From Octopus bimaculoides (Eukaryota), in assembly GCF_001194135.2 (NCBI RefSeq), contig NC_068984.1, forward strand, positions 38,272,825-38,336,824: a stretch of 64,000 bases of DNA. Direction: 5' to 3'. Position numbers and translations under genes: made by a program. Of the stretch, positions 60,909-64,000 are shown one piece after another. Position 1 is the stretch's first letter. Each line of letters opens with the position of its first letter. Under the pieces are notes generated by a model. The model ran no database searches. It was not told the DNA's origin and saw nothing but the letters and a program-made list of their open reading frames with translations.

Positions 60909-62104
60909 ACTTATATTGGTATTTCATTTGGTTGAATAATTGCCCAAATAATGAAAAAAGATAATCATTTGCAGTTTTATACTTTGTAATTTTAAATTAA
61001 AGCCTTTCCTGATATCTATAAATAACTGACATTTCAATACAACTTCCTCAATGACTGTTCATTCCTGTTCATAGGAAATTTACTTACTTAGGTACATTCT
61101 ACCAAAAAGAGCAAAATTATGTTAGTATGTCAATTCCTATTCAGATATATGTTAACATTAATACTGCTAACCTCTTTAATGGGTGACTGTTTATAAAACC
61201 TATCTGAATATAATGGCTATCCCTTTTCAAATTATCTGAAACATTTCTCTTTCATTTCCTTTCTAAGTGAGCTAACTTTTGAAAATAATGAATGCATATC
61301 ATTCATGCGAACTCTTATCTTTCCTAGTCAAAGAATTAGCATAATTAATGGAGTTTATTCCTGTCCCCATTCAGTAATTCTTCATCTATTTTACATTTCA
61401 CAATATTTTCTTGTTTCATTTTGTCTTCTTTCTGCAGTTTAAAGTTGAGCAGCTTCTGTGTGGCTGATAATTTCTTTGTTTTTACCTGCTGTAATATTTG
61501 AAGAGTTGTCTCTTCACTAACTTACTTTTACACTCTCCCTGACTTTCCATTCATTCTTTCATCTTTCTCTTCTTTACTCTTTTTCTCTCTCCTCACTCTC
61601 TCATATAGAATTCAATTTGATTTAAAAAGTAATGCTATAACCTTCAACTGAATACCACCAATGCAGGAAGCTTGTTTGAACTAGTTCACTTTGAAAACTT
61701 CTTAAGTGATGGACCCTTGATGAAATTACGACTAGGATGCATAATTGCATACGAAACAATGTGCAGTTGCTGCAGTTGAAACATATGTTGGTCATTGTTA
61801 TATATGCTGTAGAAAATTTTTTAATAAGAAGTTTTGGATGTGAATAAATCTTCACTCTCCTCTTTGTTTTCATTTATATATACTATATAGCTGTGTAGTT
61901 AGAAAGTTTGTGTAGTTAGAAAGTTTCCTAACTACAGTAATCGTTCGACTATCGTGGGTGTTATGTTCCACCCCACCCCCCTCGCGATAGGTGAAAATTC
62001 ACGAATTTTAAAAATTACTTTTATAATTAGTATATATTTATTTTATTATAAATGCAAAACAACACTACAGAGTAATTGACGTAAGCTTTAATAAACTGGC
62101 GAGG

Positions 62105-62335
62105 GATTACTGTATATGGCTTCAGGCTCAGTCCCACAACATGGCACCTTGGCCAAGTGTATTCTACTATAACCCTGGGCCAACCAAAGTCGTGTGTGTA
62201 GCTGTGTGGTTAACAAGTTAGCTTCATAACCACATGTTTTTAGGTTCATTCTTAGACCAACCAGAGCTTTGTGAGAGAATTTGGTAGACTGAAACTGAAA
62301 AAAACCCATTGTAATGTACGTATGTGTTTGTATGT
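62105..62335 (+). mobile_element. Internally rearranged SINE family A copy
   Basis: The B-box/CORE block (caggctcagtccc…ccttggccaagtg) precedes the A-box head (gtagctgtgtggttaacaag). Confidence 0.55.
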
Positions 62336-63339
62336 ACATTAAATTTTGTTTTTTTCTTAATTTAAAGTTAATTTTGGCCACTAGCATAATCACAAAGTTG
62401 TCAAGGAAAGTATCTTGTTTTATTCATCACCCTTTAAATCTCAAGGTTTTACAGATCTCCATTGTCCTAGATTATGATCATTTGTAACAAATGAATTAAG
62501 AAGTTGCACTCTCTCTCCAAGAATTGAAGTTCAACCATACTTTACTGTAGGTGAATTGGTATGTACCCTGTTGCTTCAATAGGTACGAAAATGAAAGTGT
62601 TTCTTGGGTACTGATTTGCAAGGTCCTTATCAATGGTCCACAGATGCTCTCTTTCTTATATATTTTTTAACTGCATTAGTGTCCATAGAGCAACTAATTT
62701 CTGCAACAGATCTTGTTTTCTCTTGTGGTCCTGCACATGATGTGGCCTATTTGTGTTTTAACTATGTGACTATTTTAATTTTTAAGTTCCAATATTCTTT
62801 TGATTCATTGATCAAAATAATATTGATATGTATATATGTGTGCATGTATGCACACTCACATGTATGTTATATATGTCCATTATATATGTATGCATGTCGT
62901 GTATATATATATATATATATATATACTACTACCCCTCAAATTAGATTATATAGAAATTAAATTCTTGTTTGATTCACTAGACTGTTGAATGGCAGTCCAG
63001 TCAAGATGGTATTTTTTCTTCTTTTACTCTTGTTTTTTGCACATATCTACAAAATGACTTTCTAAAATGAAATTCCATTATGCAGCTGAGGAGTACATTT
63101 TCATTGCACATTTTATGTAGTGTTATCACTACATGAATAAATGAAGTTTGTACAAAACGTATGTACTGCTATAACCTATTGAATTTTTGTTGCTTTTCTT
63201 CAAATTTTATTCACCAAATCTCTTGATTTTGTTTTTGGTTTTTACCCTACCAAATTCTGGTGCCTCAAACATTTTAAGTACCACATTTAATCTTTTGATT
63301 AAATCTATATTATTATATATATATATATATATATATATA

Positions 63340-63560
63340 TTTCGTTTTTGGATTTGGTTTGCAAGATTCTCTATGTGAGTTCGTGTGTTAAAGCATATTC
63401 TGTTGTATCTGGAGAGAATCATTCTCTTTTGGTGCCTTATAATTTAACACACTCACCGGTTAGATTTCCACTCATTTCTTTTTTAATTTTCTAAAATTTT
63501 TGTTGCATCTTGCAACCTTTTCAATAGTTTCGACTCTATCCGTTACTTACACTGCATTCC
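63340..63560. mobile_element. CpG-retaining interspersed repeat, unclassified
   Basis: Begins directly after a (TA)n tract and has the non-random text ttcgtttttggatttggtttgcaagattc…aacacactcaccggttagatttcc. Only one copy in the window, so repeat status is inferred. Confidence 0.4.
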
Positions 63561-63789
63561 TTTTTGTTTGTTTGTGCACATCTGTGTATGTGTGTATGCC
63601 TATACATGCATGTATGTGTGTATGTGTATGCATGTGTGTGTGTGTGCATATGTATCTATTTATGTGCATGACTGAAATTTGTCTCTAACTCCCTTTAAAA
63701 ATTACGATTTTTAACTCTCATTTCTGTTACCAATCTAAACATTTAATCTCTCGTTTAAACACTGCTGTGTTTCTTTCAACTTTTTCCTA

Positions 63790-64000
63790 AAAACCTAACG
63801 AACTTGACCAGCATGATGTACTGCTGCCGGTTCTCCCTCTCCCTCCCTATTGTATTCTATCTCTCTCTCTCTGAATCACCACTTCTTCCACCATTTCCTC
63901 TTCGACTCGCGCGCGAATCCCAAACATATAACCAGCTCGCTTTCCAACTCCACCACCATTTCGTACTGGAATCTCTATGCTAATAGAACCCACGATGAAG
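63790..64000. promoter_or_regulatory. CpG-rich segment, possible promoter or first-exon edge
   Basis: 10 CpGs in ~200 bp, including tcgcgcgcgaa (E2F-like), against a CpG-poor background. No TE motif recognised. Confidence 0.25.

Overview
AT-rich eukaryotic DNA from a gapped scaffold assembly (7 N-runs). The repeat content is most consistent with an Octopus genome (inference): tRNA-head SINEs with RTE-derived (GAT)n tails, RTE LINEs, and abundant TA/CA/CT microsatellites. No long intact host ORF is present, and almost all ORF-track entries are gap, low-complexity or transposon artefacts. The recognisable coding sequence is transposon-derived: RTE LINE fragments with a C4HC3 PHD finger inside the RT region, CR1/Jockey-group LINE fragments, a decayed Hero-like REL retrotransposon, an L1/Tx1-like ORF1 with a zinc knuckle but no ORF2, a 3'-truncated Ty3/Gypsy element (LTR, PBS, gag, protease), and a mariner remnant. 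Non-coding elements include piggyBac-like and Tc1-like MITEs, a Helentron-type (HINE/DINE-like) element, a Helitron with 5'-TC and CTAG-3' ends, four SINE-like families and a 33-bp minisatellite. Several short candidate exons with good splice signals occur on both strands, but I could not assign them to a known gene. The window is probably largely intronic or intergenic. The most unusual non-TE structures are a 75-nt pre-miRNA-like hairpin (2150-2224) and a perfect 22-bp inverted repeat (25862-25910). I found no convincing wholly new biological system. Repeat boundaries were read by eye and are approximate unless termini are quoted.
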